Shown here: positions 38,691-48,783 of the stretch, piece after piece
Layout: every line of letters begins with the position of its first letter
Position numbering within the stretch: position 1 is the first letter of the stretch
Assembly (NCBI GenBank): GCA_963703225.1
Contig: OY969801.1
Location: 2,848,001-2,912,000 of the forward strand
Reading direction: 5' to 3'
Length of the DNA: 64,000 nucleotides
Origin: Candidatus Eiseniibacteriota bacterium
GTDB lineage: Bacteria > Eisenbacteria > RBG-16-71-46 > SZUA-252
Notes under the pieces: model-generated
What the model was told of the DNA's origin: nothing
Seen by the model: the letters and a program-made list of their open reading frames with translations, nothing else
Database searches by the model: none
Program-made: the position numbers and the translations under genes

Positions 38691-39434
38691 ATGAAGCGAA
38701 AGGTCGACACCGGATATAACGAGAGGCTATTTTCCTCGGGGTTGCGAAGGCATCTCCACGAAGCCAGATTCCTCTGGATACACAAGAAGCTACTCGAACT
38801 CGGTTGTCCGTACGATCGTGTGATTGAGCTTGGGTGCTTCGATGGAAAGGTGCTCGATTTTTTCCCGAAGAAGCCGCACTACTACGTCGGCTATGACGCG
38901 GATTGGGAGGACGCCCTCTCGCTGGCGCAGGAAAAGTGGAAGGACTACCCGAACTTTCACTTTCGCTACTGCACGACTGCAGAGGAAATGGAACTCGGAG
39001 AGGATCGATTCGACATCGCGATCGCGATGGAGACGCTCGAACACCTTCCTGTGGAAGCAGTAGGACCGTACCTTTCAAAGCTCGCGGCGGTGACGGATGG
39101 GTGCATTCTCATCACGGTTCCGAATGAGAAGGGCGTCGTGTTCTTTGCCAAGCATCTCGCCAAGCTACTCTTCGGAGAGGTGGAGAGGCACACACTGGCG
39201 GAGTTTGTCAACGCGACCCTTGGCCGGATGGACCGTGTGAAGCGTGGACATCACAAGGGTTTTGACTATGAGCGCCTCGTTTGCGAAGTTGCCGATTACT
39301 TTGACATTGTAGAGATTTCGGCACTTCCGTTCAGCGGGCTACCCAAGGCGCTCAACTTCACCGTTGGGATTGTTGCGCGGAAGAAGTCTCTTTCCCGGAA
39401 TCCAGCTCTGACGGGCGATACATTCAATCGATGA
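38691..39434 (+). CDS. Class I SAM-dependent methyltransferase
   Basis: VIELGCFDG, FDIAIAMETLEH, ITVPN. Confidence 0.85.
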   Translation: MKRKVDTGYNERLFSSGLRRHLHEARFLWIHKKLLELGCPYDRVIELGCFDGKVLDFFPKKPHYYVGYDADWEDALSLAQEKWKDYPNFHFRYCTTAEEMELGEDRFDIAIAMETLEHLPVEAVGPYLSKLAAVTDGCILITVPNEKGVVFFAKHLAKLLFGEVERHTLAEFVNATLGRMDRVKRGHHKGFDYERLVCEVADYFDIVEISALPFSGLPKALNFTVGIVARKKSLSRNPALTGDTFNR

Positions 39435-39487
39435 CTCCTATCCCGGTCCCGATCGCCTGAGTTGGCGCCCACGGGCAAGGTGCTCCG

Positions 39488-40234
39488 ATGCGACGACTGC
39501 TGAAACGCGCAGTAGTCGGAACTAGGTGGGAAGGCGCGGTCAAGCGGGCGCATGCAGCCCTTACCGGGAGTAAGAGCAGCCTGTATGACGCGCAGACAAT
39601 CGCCATCATGGGCCGAGTGCTGCGCTTCGACTCTACTGCCGTAGACGTTGGAGCGTTTGAGGGCAATATGCTCCGGCACATGTTCCGTTTCGCACCGAAA
39701 GGGTATCATTTTGCGTTCGAACCGCTCTCACAGAGGTTCGAACAACTGCGAGTAGGGTTTCCTCGGGCCCGAGTGTTCCCCTACGCGCTCGCCGCCGCTC
39801 CCGGCACGGCGCGGTTCCACCACGTCGTCGCTTCCCCCGCGCTCAGCGGACTGCAGCGTCGGGAACCTCTAATGAAGGGACTGCATATCGAGGAGGTAGA
39901 GGTCAAGGTTGAGACTCTCGACCGGGTCGTTCCGGATGGTGTGCCTGTCTCGTTTGTAAAGGTCGACGTGGAAGGGGGTGAACTCGGCGTTTTCCAGGGA
40001 GGTATCCAAACGCTTCGAAACCACCGGCCAACGGTAGTATTTGAGTGTGGGCGTGGTGGAGCGGATTATTTCGACACGCAACCCGGCGACGTCTTTGATT
40101 CTCTCGCCAACGAAGCCAAGCTCAAGATCTCCCTGCTCGGCTCGTGGCTAGCGAGGGGACAGGCTCTGTCGCGACAGGGCTTCGTGGATCAATTTGAGAC
40201 AGGCCTCAACTACTATTTCGTCGCACACCCATGA
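39488..40234 (+). CDS. FkbM family methyltransferase
   Basis: VDVGAFEG, FAFEP, FVKVDVEGGE. Confidence 0.9.
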   Translation: MRRLLKRAVVGTRWEGAVKRAHAALTGSKSSLYDAQTIAIMGRVLRFDSTAVDVGAFEGNMLRHMFRFAPKGYHFAFEPLSQRFEQLRVGFPRARVFPYALAAAPGTARFHHVVASPALSGLQRREPLMKGLHIEEVEVKVETLDRVVPDGVPVSFVKVDVEGGELGVFQGGIQTLRNHRPTVVFECGRGGADYFDTQPGDVFDSLANEAKLKISLLGSWLARGQALSRQGFVDQFETGLNYYFVAHP

Positions 40235-40255
40235 CTGATGCGAACGGTCGGGCCA

Positions 40256-41101
40256 TTAAGGCTCAGCACCTCCTCGGACGGGCACCAGCACTACTACCCA
40301 GTCGACCACCGGGCCCGACCGCGTTCGACCTGGCGTGAAGGTCCACTTCTGGAGCGCTGCCTTCGCGCTTTGGACCATCTCTGGCGTAGCTCCGGGAGCC
40401 CCTCTTCTCTCCTCCAGGAAGCGGCTCGACCGAATCCGCCCGTCCCTGCCGACAAAGACGACGAACGGCATTTCCCGATTACCAGACGGGCACTCCTCGC
40501 AGATAGCCTGCGCCTGGAGGACCGCGGTTGCCCGTTCTACGATGTCCCCTGGGGCGATCTCCTCAGGAGCATCGATCGGTACGAGAAAGTCGCCGCCGTA
40601 ACGAAACCTCTGGCGGCCGCGGATGGTCTCAGCGCGAACCGTCTTGACCGTTCCGAAATCTATCGAATCTTGAGCCACCTTAATGGGAAGGACTATCTCC
40701 ATCTCGTCCACTCGACCTTCTCCCGCCTCCACCCGTAACAGGGCGCGGATCTCAGTGCTCCCAAGGTCGACGGCCAAAACTTCCACATACCAATCTCTGT
40801 CGACCTCGCCGCGCCAGGAGAACGACGGGTGGCCTGTGTGCGTCAGTTCCCCTCTCAGCAGCTTCAGACCCGGTCCTAGCCGTAGCGTTCCCCTTCCCAG
40901 AACGTCGCTGGGGTAATGGCCCCCCGTCGTCACCAGGATTCGGAACGACTCATGCGGCCCAGCGTGGTCCACTGGCTGCAAGAATACTGCAAACTGCGGG
41001 GTCCCCTCAAAAAGGGCTACCGAGCCGACGCCACTGCTCGGAAACAGGGTCAGAATGAGGGGGACGATAAGCCAGCGGAACTCTGAAGACCAATTCTTCA
41101 T
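40256..41101 (-). CDS. Exported protein with TonB C-terminal-like domain
   Basis: N-terminal hydrophobic segment; VFVGRDGRI...AKAALQKWTFTPG...GPV. Confidence 0.7.
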   Translation of the reverse strand: MKNWSSEFRWLIVPLILTLFPSSGVGSVALFEGTPQFAVFLQPVDHAGPHESFRILVTTGGHYPSDVLGRGTLRLGPGLKLLRGELTHTGHPSFSWRGEVDRDWYVEVLAVDLGSTEIRALLRVEAGEGRVDEMEIVLPIKVAQDSIDFGTVKTVRAETIRGRQRFRYGGDFLVPIDAPEEIAPGDIVERATAVLQAQAICEECPSGNREMPFVVFVGRDGRIRSSRFLEERRGAPGATPEMVQSAKAALQKWTFTPGRTRSGPVVDWVVVLVPVRGGAEP

Positions 41102-41103
41102 CG

Positions 41104-44100
41104 TCACCTCAGCAGCGTTGCTCGCACTGTGCGCTGCTGGCCTCCATAGGTCAGTCGGCACCAATACACTCCGGCTCCGGCCGTGCTGCCGCTCCTTGTA
41201 GTTCCATCCCACGGGACTTCGTAGATCCCGCCGGGGGACTCCTGGTTAACTAGTTCGCGCACCATCCGGCCCCTCACGTCGTAGATCCGTAGCGATACGT
41301 GCTCTGGCCCGTCCCCACCCGGGAGCGTATACCGGAAGATGGTTCTCGGGTTGAAGGGGTTTGGCGTATTCTGATGCAGTATCAGATGGGTCGGACCTGC
41401 TACGCTTACCTGTACTCCCACCGGTACGTTACCGACGCCGCAGAACATAGCGTGTTCTCGAAATACACCCTGAGATTTCAGCCGCCAATCCGGGTCACAA
41501 CACCAGAGGCTCAAGTACCAGCTCTCGAAGTCGCAGATCGTGCGGATCGTGCCCACATTGTAGCGGAGGACCGCCTCTAGGACCGTCCCGTAGCCTCCAA
41601 AAAGGCTGTCCCCGAAGGCATCTCCATCGGGATTGTCGGGGACATTGTCCTGGAGATCCCACAGTGTCGCGCCAATCGCTATCTGGTTCAGCGGACCTGC
41701 CTCATTGCGGTCAAAGGGCGGACCCTCAGCCGCGCCGGTACTGTCATAGATGCTAACACTTCCCCTCTCGAGGTCGAGCGTGTAATGCCTGAGGGTACCG
41801 TTGGGGTCCCGCCCATAGTTGTCGCCCAGCGGCGAAACCAGTCCGATGCCACCGCCGATGAACGAAGCCCAACCCTCATCCCATGCGTTACGAAGACTTC
41901 TTGAAGGGTCAGTCATGATATTGGGGGAAGCGATGCTGTCCGTTGGCATCGAGAATCCCCCGAGCGTCCAAAGAACATGGTGCCCGTACTCGTGGGCGAT
42001 GACGTACCGATCCCACTCGTCCGGCTGGAACCCCTCCTTGTTTGCTTGTCCGTTTATCCGAATCGTCGCCGTAGGAGGGTCATAGGAAGACACGAATGTG
42101 TACCCCGGAACCCATCGCACGTTAACGGGTCCTGGCGAACCGTACTGGCTCCGAAACTGGTGCCCAAAGTACACCCACGCGCGTCGGACCGTGTCAAAGA
42201 TATGCGCGGCGCTGCGCCCCTCGTACGTCGTAGGTTTCCGCATGCCAAAATCGTAGGTTGCGTTGGCCATATTCGTGACGGTGGGGGTGTTGTAGCTCCA
42301 GATTTGTTCGGAACCTCCCACTTTCATGACGACGGCCCATTGATCCGCGTAACTCGGATCCCAACACCGCTCATGGGCTCTATGGCCCCATCGCACGAAC
42401 ACGTCGAGGATCGCGTCCCCGCCGGCGGGTGGGGTCGCGTCCAGGTTCGTTATCGGCCCAAGCTGGAACGAGCCGTCGGCACCCAGGACACCCGTCGCTA
42501 GGAGCGAGTCGACGGTGTCATCGTGCCACACCTCGACGACCGCGCATTCCGTATAGGTCTCCGCCCAGCCATGGAGCGAGTCGTCATAGGCAAATCGACC
42601 TCGCACGGTGAACACCCCCGCCTGCCAATTGATACTCAGCGGGCCACCGACATTATTGCCTTCCGCACTCTCTCCAACTATGCCTGTGGCGTCGAGCAGC
42701 ACATAGGTCTGCCAAAGCGCGACGATCCCGTTCGCTACCTTGAAGGTTACCGTCGTCTCACCGCCGGGACCGAGCAGTCCCACCGGCTTGCTCACGTCGG
42801 CCGGATCGTTCGTAGTGGGAACTGAGGATCTGTTCTTGTAGAGCCCAACAAGAAATCCGTTCGTCGAGACGTTCCCGCCGTTCTTCACCTTGACGGTTAC
42901 GGTGATCGAGTCGCCCAGGCTCGGGTAGGCGTTGTCTACGGCAATCGGAAGCGGCAGGAACAGATCAGGAGTTCCCGGTGGGTTCCAGTAGAAGGTCTGC
43001 GGAAATGTGTTGTCGAGTTCGTTAGACTCTTGGACATCACCTAAGTAGTCGAGATCGATCGTCAGAGTCTTGTTCCCAGAAGTAGTAATGAACACGGGAT
43101 AATCCTCGAGCTTCACTTCCTCGCCAGCGGCGACGCTCGTGAAGGTTCGCGCGTCCACAGAGCTTCCTACGATGTACCGCATGTTGAAACCTGATGCTGG
43201 ATCATTCCCTGAGTTGCGCCAGGCCCAATCGACGTAGGCCGTCTGTCCCGCGGTGAGTGTCGAAGTTGTGTGAGTGAAGGGCTGACTGGAAACCACGATT
43301 GGCCCGTCCCAACCATCGGGAGTAAATGCGGTCAGGTTGGGTCTGACAAAGGGATTCCCGTAAACGTCCACATCGTCGATGTACGCCCAGCCGTTGGTAT
43401 TGCTATCGCCATCACTCGTAAACTCGAAGAGAAATGCGAGGGTATCGGCCTGATGGGAACTGTTGGAAATGATGGCTGTTTGCCAGTAGATCCAGCCTCC
43501 CGAACTCCCACCAAAGCTCTTCAGGACGTACCACTCGGCGGTTGGATAGTTGTACCGCCAGACTCGGATGGAATCTCCACTCCCTAGATTGTAATTCGCG
43601 CCGAAGCCAATGAAATGCGATGTGTAGTCCCTCATGAGAAACGCATACTCGGGGTAGAGATCAGATCCCTGGTAAACGTCGTACTGACCGCACGGCCGAT
43701 CCGAGTCTCCGGCTCCGCTTGCGCTGAACAATCCGGTGCGAGGGTCGGAGCAAGGCCATGCTCTGGCGGCCCACTTGTCCTCGCCTCCTGCTGGCTGATA
43801 GTCATACGTGATCCAGTTGCGATTCGGATCGCAGTTGAGCGCGCCGCATTCGAACCCATCCGACCACACCTTCACCAGGGACGAGGCGTTTGCCCCATCT
43901 GCATCAATCCAGTCCGAGCCGAGCTTCAAGGTGTTATCACCATCGGCGCCCGCGCAAGCTGAACCAAATGCCGTGATGTAGGTGGCGTTGAGCGGGGTTC
44001 CGGACGCCACGCTTAGGGAGGGCTGGCCGGATGCCACAGTGAGTTGCAGCGTGCCAATCTTGTACGTCCCAGGGGACAACGCCGAGGCGCCACCGTACCC

Positions 44101-44505
44101 GTTTCGATACTCGGTTGGACTTGTGGCCAACCCGAAGGTCGTGGTCATGGAAGTCATGTGATTGACGTAGGTTCCCCAATTGATCGTGCCACCGTTGGCG
44201 TGGAGAATGAACTCGTAGGAGACAACTGACATCGCTGTGGCTGGCGAAGTCGGCACGGTGGGGGATTGTGCAGCCATTGGGGGTGCTCCTCCCCCGCCCC
44301 CGCAGACGGCCTGCGAGCCATTCCGGTTTGTATCCGTCCAGAGCCAGATGTCGAGTGTCGTCGCTCCGATCGCGTTCAACGTATCGGCGGCAGTGCTTTG
44401 CCCGTCACCATTGGTGTCCAGAAACATGTACTGGGCAGAGGCACGATCAGCAAGCACACCGAAGGCTGCAAAGGCCCCCAGCATGACGGCGGCAGCGAGT
44501 CTCAT
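41104..44505 (-). CDS. Secreted multidomain protein: CARDB domains, zinc metalloprotease-like domain, FlgD-Ig tail
   Basis: Signal peptide; ESNELDN and ESAEGNN CARDB motifs; HEYGH plus DEGWASF; QNTPNPFNP tail; GGAGGAG RBS. Confidence 0.88.
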   Translation of the reverse strand: MRLAAAVMLGAFAAFGVLADRASAQYMFLDTNGDGQSTAADTLNAIGATTLDIWLWTDTNRNGSQAVCGGGGGAPPMAAQSPTVPTSPATAMSVVSYEFILHANGGTINWGTYVNHMTSMTTTFGLATSPTEYRNGYGGASALSPGTYKIGTLQLTVASGQPSLSVASGTPLNATYITAFGSACAGADGDNTLKLGSDWIDADGANASSLVKVWSDGFECGALNCDPNRNWITYDYQPAGGEDKWAARAWPCSDPRTGLFSASGAGDSDRPCGQYDVYQGSDLYPEYAFLMRDYTSHFIGFGANYNLGSGDSIRVWRYNYPTAEWYVLKSFGGSSGGWIYWQTAIISNSSHQADTLAFLFEFTSDGDSNTNGWAYIDDVDVYGNPFVRPNLTAFTPDGWDGPIVVSSQPFTHTTSTLTAGQTAYVDWAWRNSGNDPASGFNMRYIVGSSVDARTFTSVAAGEEVKLEDYPVFITTSGNKTLTIDLDYLGDVQESNELDNTFPQTFYWNPPGTPDLFLPLPIAVDNAYPSLGDSITVTVKVKNGGNVSTNGFLVGLYKNRSSVPTTNDPADVSKPVGLLGPGGETTVTFKVANGIVALWQTYVLLDATGIVGESAEGNNVGGPLSINWQAGVFTVRGRFAYDDSLHGWAETYTECAVVEVWHDDTVDSLLATGVLGADGSFQLGPITNLDATPPAGGDAILDVFVRWGHRAHERCWDPSYADQWAVVMKVGGSEQIWSYNTPTVTNMANATYDFGMRKPTTYEGRSAAHIFDTVRRAWVYFGHQFRSQYGSPGPVNVRWVPGYTFVSSYDPPTATIRINGQANKEGFQPDEWDRYVIAHEYGHHVLWTLGGFSMPTDSIASPNIMTDPSRSLRNAWDEGWASFIGGGIGLVSPLGDNYGRDPNGTLRHYTLDLERGSVSIYDSTGAAEGPPFDRNEAGPLNQIAIGATLWDLQDNVPDNPDGDAFGDSLFGGYGTVLEAVLRYNVGTIRTICDFESWYLSLWCCDPDWRLKSQGVFREHAMFCGVGNVPVGVQVSVAGPTHLILHQNTPNPFNPRTIFRYTLPGGDGPEHVSLRIYDVRGRMVRELVNQESPGGIYEVPWDGTTRSGSTAGAGVYWCRLTYGGQQRTVRATLLR

Positions 44506-44700
44506 GCTGAGATCTCCTCCCGATGATCGCTTGAACAGCCGTTCTCTGTCTTGAATACACTCATGAGGCTCTGACTCTTGTCCCCGCTCCCCATCGCACT
44601 TGCGACCGCCCGTACTGAAGCACAAGACGAGGTACAGACCGTTAGCACGAAAATGGTCTACGTCCTGGCATAGACCATCGCCTAGACCGGCTCACGTGAC

Positions 44701-45423
44701 CTAGCGTTCACCAGGCGGCGATCGGCGTACGACATGGAGCACTGGATTCAACGAGCGGAGCCGGAAAGCCGCATCTTCCCGGCGATGTGTCGCGAGCTTT
44801 CGGAGAATGTGGTGCACGTGGTTCTTTACCGTAGCGGCCTCGATCCCGAGCCGGGCCGCGATCTCCTTGTTCGTCAGGCCCTCCTCCAGGCTTCGCGCGA
44901 TCTGTAGTTCGCGCGGGCTCAAGCCATGGACAACCGGCGGCGTCTTCGCCGGCTCGCCAGCCGCATGGACGCGCCGTACGAGTGCTGCCGCGACTCGGGG
45001 CGGGCATGCGAACTCTCCCCGAACCGCGGCCCGGATGGCGTCGAGCACTCCCTCCCTGTTGGCATCATGGGCAATGAGGCCCGTGAGACCACACTCAAAG
45101 AGAGTGATGATCTCGGGCTCACTCTCGCCGCGATTCAGCGCGATAATGGATGTCGACGGCACGGCTGCGTGCACCCATCGTATGAAAGCAACTAGGCTTT
45201 CATGCGAAAGGTCCGCAAGGAGTACATCGGGACGCACACGATTGAATTGCTCGAAGCTCTTGCCGTCTCCATCGCCCAAATCAGTTGCGACGAGACCCGG
45301 CGCATTCTCAAGCGTTCCGAGAATCGCCTCGCGGTGGACGCGCGTGTAGACCACAACGCCTACGGTCGTGGACGGGTGTTGCGGAGGCATAGTGCTGGCG
45401 TCTCGGGTCCGTGCCTTTCGCAT
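44701..45423 (-). CDS. LuxR/NarL family response regulator
   Basis: LSPRELQI...GLTNKEIA.RLGI...TVKNHVHHILRKL HTH; degenerate receiver domain. Confidence 0.88.
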   Translation of the reverse strand: MRKARTRDASTMPPQHPSTTVGVVVYTRVHREAILGTLENAPGLVATDLGDGDGKSFEQFNRVRPDVLLADLSHESLVAFIRWVHAAVPSTSIIALNRGESEPEIITLFECGLTGLIAHDANREGVLDAIRAAVRGEFACPPRVAAALVRRVHAAGEPAKTPPVVHGLSPRELQIARSLEEGLTNKEIAARLGIEAATVKNHVHHILRKLATHRREDAAFRLRSLNPVLHVVRRSPPGER

Positions 45424-45770
45424 CCTTCCCCCCGCATTCCAGCGGCTTCGTGAGGCGATTCTGATGTAGGGGTGGAACCTTCGACCGAAGCAAGAAGCAT
45501 TAGAGAGGCCAGACCCGTGCCTGGCCTAGGCAGAATCCCATTGGAGCCTGCAGCTGAAGATCTTAGGGAGGTTCCCTAGGGATACAAAGGCCGAGGCGGG
45601 GCGAGTTGTGTCAATCAAGGTGCAGGACAGTGACGCCCCTCGTTGACGGTCATGGCTTTGCGGCGGATGACTCGAAGTCTAGGCGCGGAGGGCAGGGCCA
45701 AGTGACCAAGCCACGGTGGTCGAATCTTCAATCTCAAAACTGCCGAGCGAGCTCGATCCGCCTCGACATG

Positions 45771-46150
45771 GCGTCTTTCGTCCAAAGGACGACTGCTGGA
45801 CAGTTGCGCGCACAACGGAGGACGAGCTCGCGCACTTGGCGCGCCAAGCGGCATTTCAGCGGCATGTTTTGGGCCCAAAATCGCGCTTCTCATGGAAGGG
45901 CGCGACCGAGGCACTGCTCGTAGCCTCTAGAACTGCGCGCATTTGCGCGGAATTGCACCGCGATCGCCATGCGGCATTCCCCTCTCCGGGGGCGCAAAAC
46001 ATGCCGCATGAACGCACCGAGGCGGCCCCAAACCCTCGCATTTCTGCACCGAAGGAGCTAAAACCGAGACCATTTCCGCACCCAAACGGCCCAAGGGCCG
46101 AGTATTTCCGCACCGGCCGGAAGTTGGCAGAGGCGCTCCGAGATCTACGC
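45771..46150. repeat. ~380-bp conserved non-coding element, copy 2
   Basis: Colinear with 14391-14770; boxes at 46008, 46040, 46072, 46104. Confidence 0.9.
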
Positions 46151-46207
46151 CGGGAATCCCCCGGCGAGAGAGACTATCGATCGCGCGCGCCTCCGCAGAG
46201 GGAACAG

Positions 46208-46436
46208 CAGAGAGCCCGAGAGGAAGAGAGCCATTTCGATGAAGCGAATGAACGTGAATCGTGTGAATGGAGGAATATGACCACGAAGGCGGCGACGAGT
46301 CAGGCGGCGAGCCAAGGACGCCCATCGCGCAACTCCGCAACACGTCGCCACAAGGCCGAAGGCCCCGGCAGCTCTCGCCACCGAGGCCCTGTATCTTGAG
46401 TGCGAGCCTCTCCGGTTCGCACTTTCATTTGGCTCC
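46208..46436. repeat. Att repeat unit, copy 4, fused to the tRNA 3' end (attL/attR-like junction)
   Basis: Diverged AG box 46208-46235, hairpin ggccccggcagctctcgccaccgaggcc, and gttcgcactttcatttggctcc running into the tRNA. Confidence 0.85.
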
Positions 46437-46504
46437 TGAGGTAGGATTCGAACCTACAACCCTCCGGTTAACAGCCGGATGCTCTACCATTGAGCTACTC
46501 AGGA
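46430..46504 (-). tRNA. tRNA-Asn (GTT)
   Basis: TCCTGAG/CTCAGGA acceptor stem, CTGTTAA anticodon loop, GGTTCGAATCC T arm, encoded CCA. Confidence 0.97.
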
Positions 46505-46686
46505 ATTGGGCGCTGGCTCGGGCCCCCGGTTGTCGCCGTGGACCCGCACAACCTGCTGCACATCAATAACTTACAATCTCGCCGCTGCAAGACTTGAGCC
46601 GCTGAGTTTACTCCAAGCGGGCCCACGCCGCAACCACTCCGGGCGGGGTTAGTGCCCCCCTGGGGCACCGCCACGCGTAGCCCCCG

Positions 46687-47514
46687 CTAACCCTTACCCC
46701 TCGTGATCGCGACGAGCGCCGCGACCATGATCCCGGCGCCGACGATGCCGCGTAGGGCGGGCGCCCGGAGCCGCTTCGAAAGCGCGGTGCCGATTAACAC
46801 ACCGGGAATGGAGCCGAGGCAAGTCCCGGCCACTAGCGCTCCATCGACATGACCCAGCGCGGCATGCGTTACGCCGGAGACGATCAGCGTCAGGAGTCCC
46901 GCCAGGAGCGCGGCCCCCACCGCGCGATGCGCCGCGATTCCAAGGGGCCCAGCGAGGACGCTCACGAAGAGCGTTCCGGTCCCGATGCTGGTGAGGCCTG
47001 CGATGAAACCGACCCCGGCGCCGAGTAATCCGACCGTAGTGGGTGCCGGATCGGTGCCCCTGGCCGAAACTCCTCCGCCTTCCCCACCCTTCCACCGCGC
47101 GTGCGCCGCCTGCACTGCCAAATGAGCGCCGACTATGATCAGCACGAACGAGACGATGGGCCTGAGCGCGGCGCCGCTCAACTTGCTGCTCGCCAGCGCA
47201 CCGGCCACGGCGAGCGGGATCGCGCCGGCCGCCATCGCGAGGCCCAAGCCGCGCTCGTTCAACTGAAAACGCCTCCGGCTCCACACGCCCACGAGCTTCA
47301 TCGCGACCGCCTGGATCGTCGCCGATCCCACGATGATCTGGGGCCGCACCTCGGGGTAGAGCACCAGGAGCAACGCGGCAATCACCGATCCGGCACCCAC
47401 GCCGGTCAGCCCGACCAGCGTTCCTCCCACCAACCCCACACCTGTCGCCGGCAAGAGCGCGCCTGCGCCGGCCGCTAGCCCCGCACCAACCACATCACCC
47501 ACGCCCGCCATCAT
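46687..47514 (-). CDS. Sulfite exporter TauE/SafE family protein
   Basis: Duplicated GLTGVGAG / GLTSIGTG motifs, multi-TM. Confidence 0.85.
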   Translation of the reverse strand: MMAGVGDVVGAGLAAGAGALLPATGVGLVGGTLVGLTGVGAGSVIAALLLVLYPEVRPQIIVGSATIQAVAMKLVGVWSRRRFQLNERGLGLAMAAGAIPLAVAGALASSKLSGAALRPIVSFVLIIVGAHLAVQAAHARWKGGEGGGVSARGTDPAPTTVGLLGAGVGFIAGLTSIGTGTLFVSVLAGPLGIAAHRAVGAALLAGLLTLIVSGVTHAALGHVDGALVAGTCLGSIPGVLIGTALSKRLRAPALRGIVGAGIMVAALVAITRGKG

Positions 47515-48767
47515 CCCCGCCACTTCATTCTGGTTGGTGCCGTAGGGTCTCGAAGCACCCAGGTCTTCATCTGCCTCATGTAGCCGGCGTGCCCCACCAA
47601 CGAGTCGTACGAGAACAACGCGATCCCATCAACGCCCAGCCTCCGCGCGATCCGGATCTTCTCGGCGGCGTCGCGCGCGCCTTCGTTGTAGAGCGCGATC
47701 CCGGCGTAGACGTGGCGCTCGGTGGGAATCGACAGCGCCGCGGCGATCTGGCGCTGCACGATGGGAGTGCTGGTGCCATAGCACATCGGTATCACGGCAT
47801 CGACGATCCCCTCGCGGAGCCACGTGGGCCAGTCCTGGCCATGGCGGTTGAGCGCCGCGTTTTGGTCCGCGATGACCGCCGCCGTGAGCTTCAACTTCCG
47901 GCGCGTGAGATCCAGGTCGCGCCTTAAGTCGCGCACCAGATCGGTGATCTGGTCGCGCTTCCACTGGATCCACCGCGCGCGCAAGTCGGGAATCTGCTCG
48001 GCGCCGATGACGTCTAAGAGAGACGAGTCGGGGTTCTCGATCTGGATCGGGTCGATCCCAAATTCCTGCTGAAACGCGGTGCGCGTCGCGCCGTCGTAGC
48101 CCACGGCGGGCTCGGGGTAGCGGACGTAGTCGAGATGGATCCCGTCCACGTCGTAGCGGCTCACGATCTCCCGCACGATCTCCCGCAGATGCCGCTTCAC
48201 ATTGGGGTTTCCCGGCGCGAGATACATTCCCTCGAGCTTCTGATCCTCAAAGTCCTCCGGAAGCATCTCCACGAGGCGCCTTCCGTCCGCGCGGACCGAA
48301 ATCCAATCGGGATGAGCGTTGACGACGTGGAGCGGCGAGCGCGGCAGCTCTCCGGCCGACCAGACCAGGTAGACGTTGATCCAGGCTTGGACCTCGAGCC
48401 CCTGGGCGTGGGCGCGGCGGATGATCCGGTCGAGCGGGTCGAAGTCGGGGGAAGTCGCTTCCAGTTCCTCCGCGCGGGGCGTGATCTCGGAGCGGAAATA
48501 GGCATCGCCGCGGCCGCGGACCTGGACCAGCAGCGTGTTGATGTTGAGCTGGGAGGCGACCTCCACGACCTCGTCGACGCGGCCGGGCGTGCTGATGGCG
48601 TGCCGGACCACCCAGAGGGCGCGGGTCTCTTCGCCGGCGGGTGGGGCGGCCGCCGCGGGGGGCGCGCGCAGTGCTAGGGCCACCGACAGCGCTCCGGCCA
48701 GAGCCGCGGCCGCTGCGCAAATGAAAAACGCCGACGCTCGACGCGCCGGCGCGAACCCTCTCTTCAC
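47511..48767 (-). CDS. Glycosyl hydrolase-like 10 (YddW family) protein
   Basis: ETRALWV, QVRGRGDAYF, YDVDGIHLDYVRYP, QDWPTW. Confidence 0.88.
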   Translation of the reverse strand: MKRGFAPARRASAFFICAAAAALAGALSVALALRAPPAAAAPPAGEETRALWVVRHAISTPGRVDEVVEVASQLNINTLLVQVRGRGDAYFRSEITPRAEELEATSPDFDPLDRIIRRAHAQGLEVQAWINVYLVWSAGELPRSPLHVVNAHPDWISVRADGRRLVEMLPEDFEDQKLEGMYLAPGNPNVKRHLREIVREIVSRYDVDGIHLDYVRYPEPAVGYDGATRTAFQQEFGIDPIQIENPDSSLLDVIGAEQIPDLRARWIQWKRDQITDLVRDLRRDLDLTRRKLKLTAAVIADQNAALNRHGQDWPTWLREGIVDAVIPMCYGTSTPIVQRQIAAALSIPTERHVYAGIALYNEGARDAAEKIRIARRLGVDGIALFSYDSLVGHAGYMRQMKTWVLRDPTAPTRMKWRG

Positions 48768-48783
48768 GAAACCGAACGCGGCG

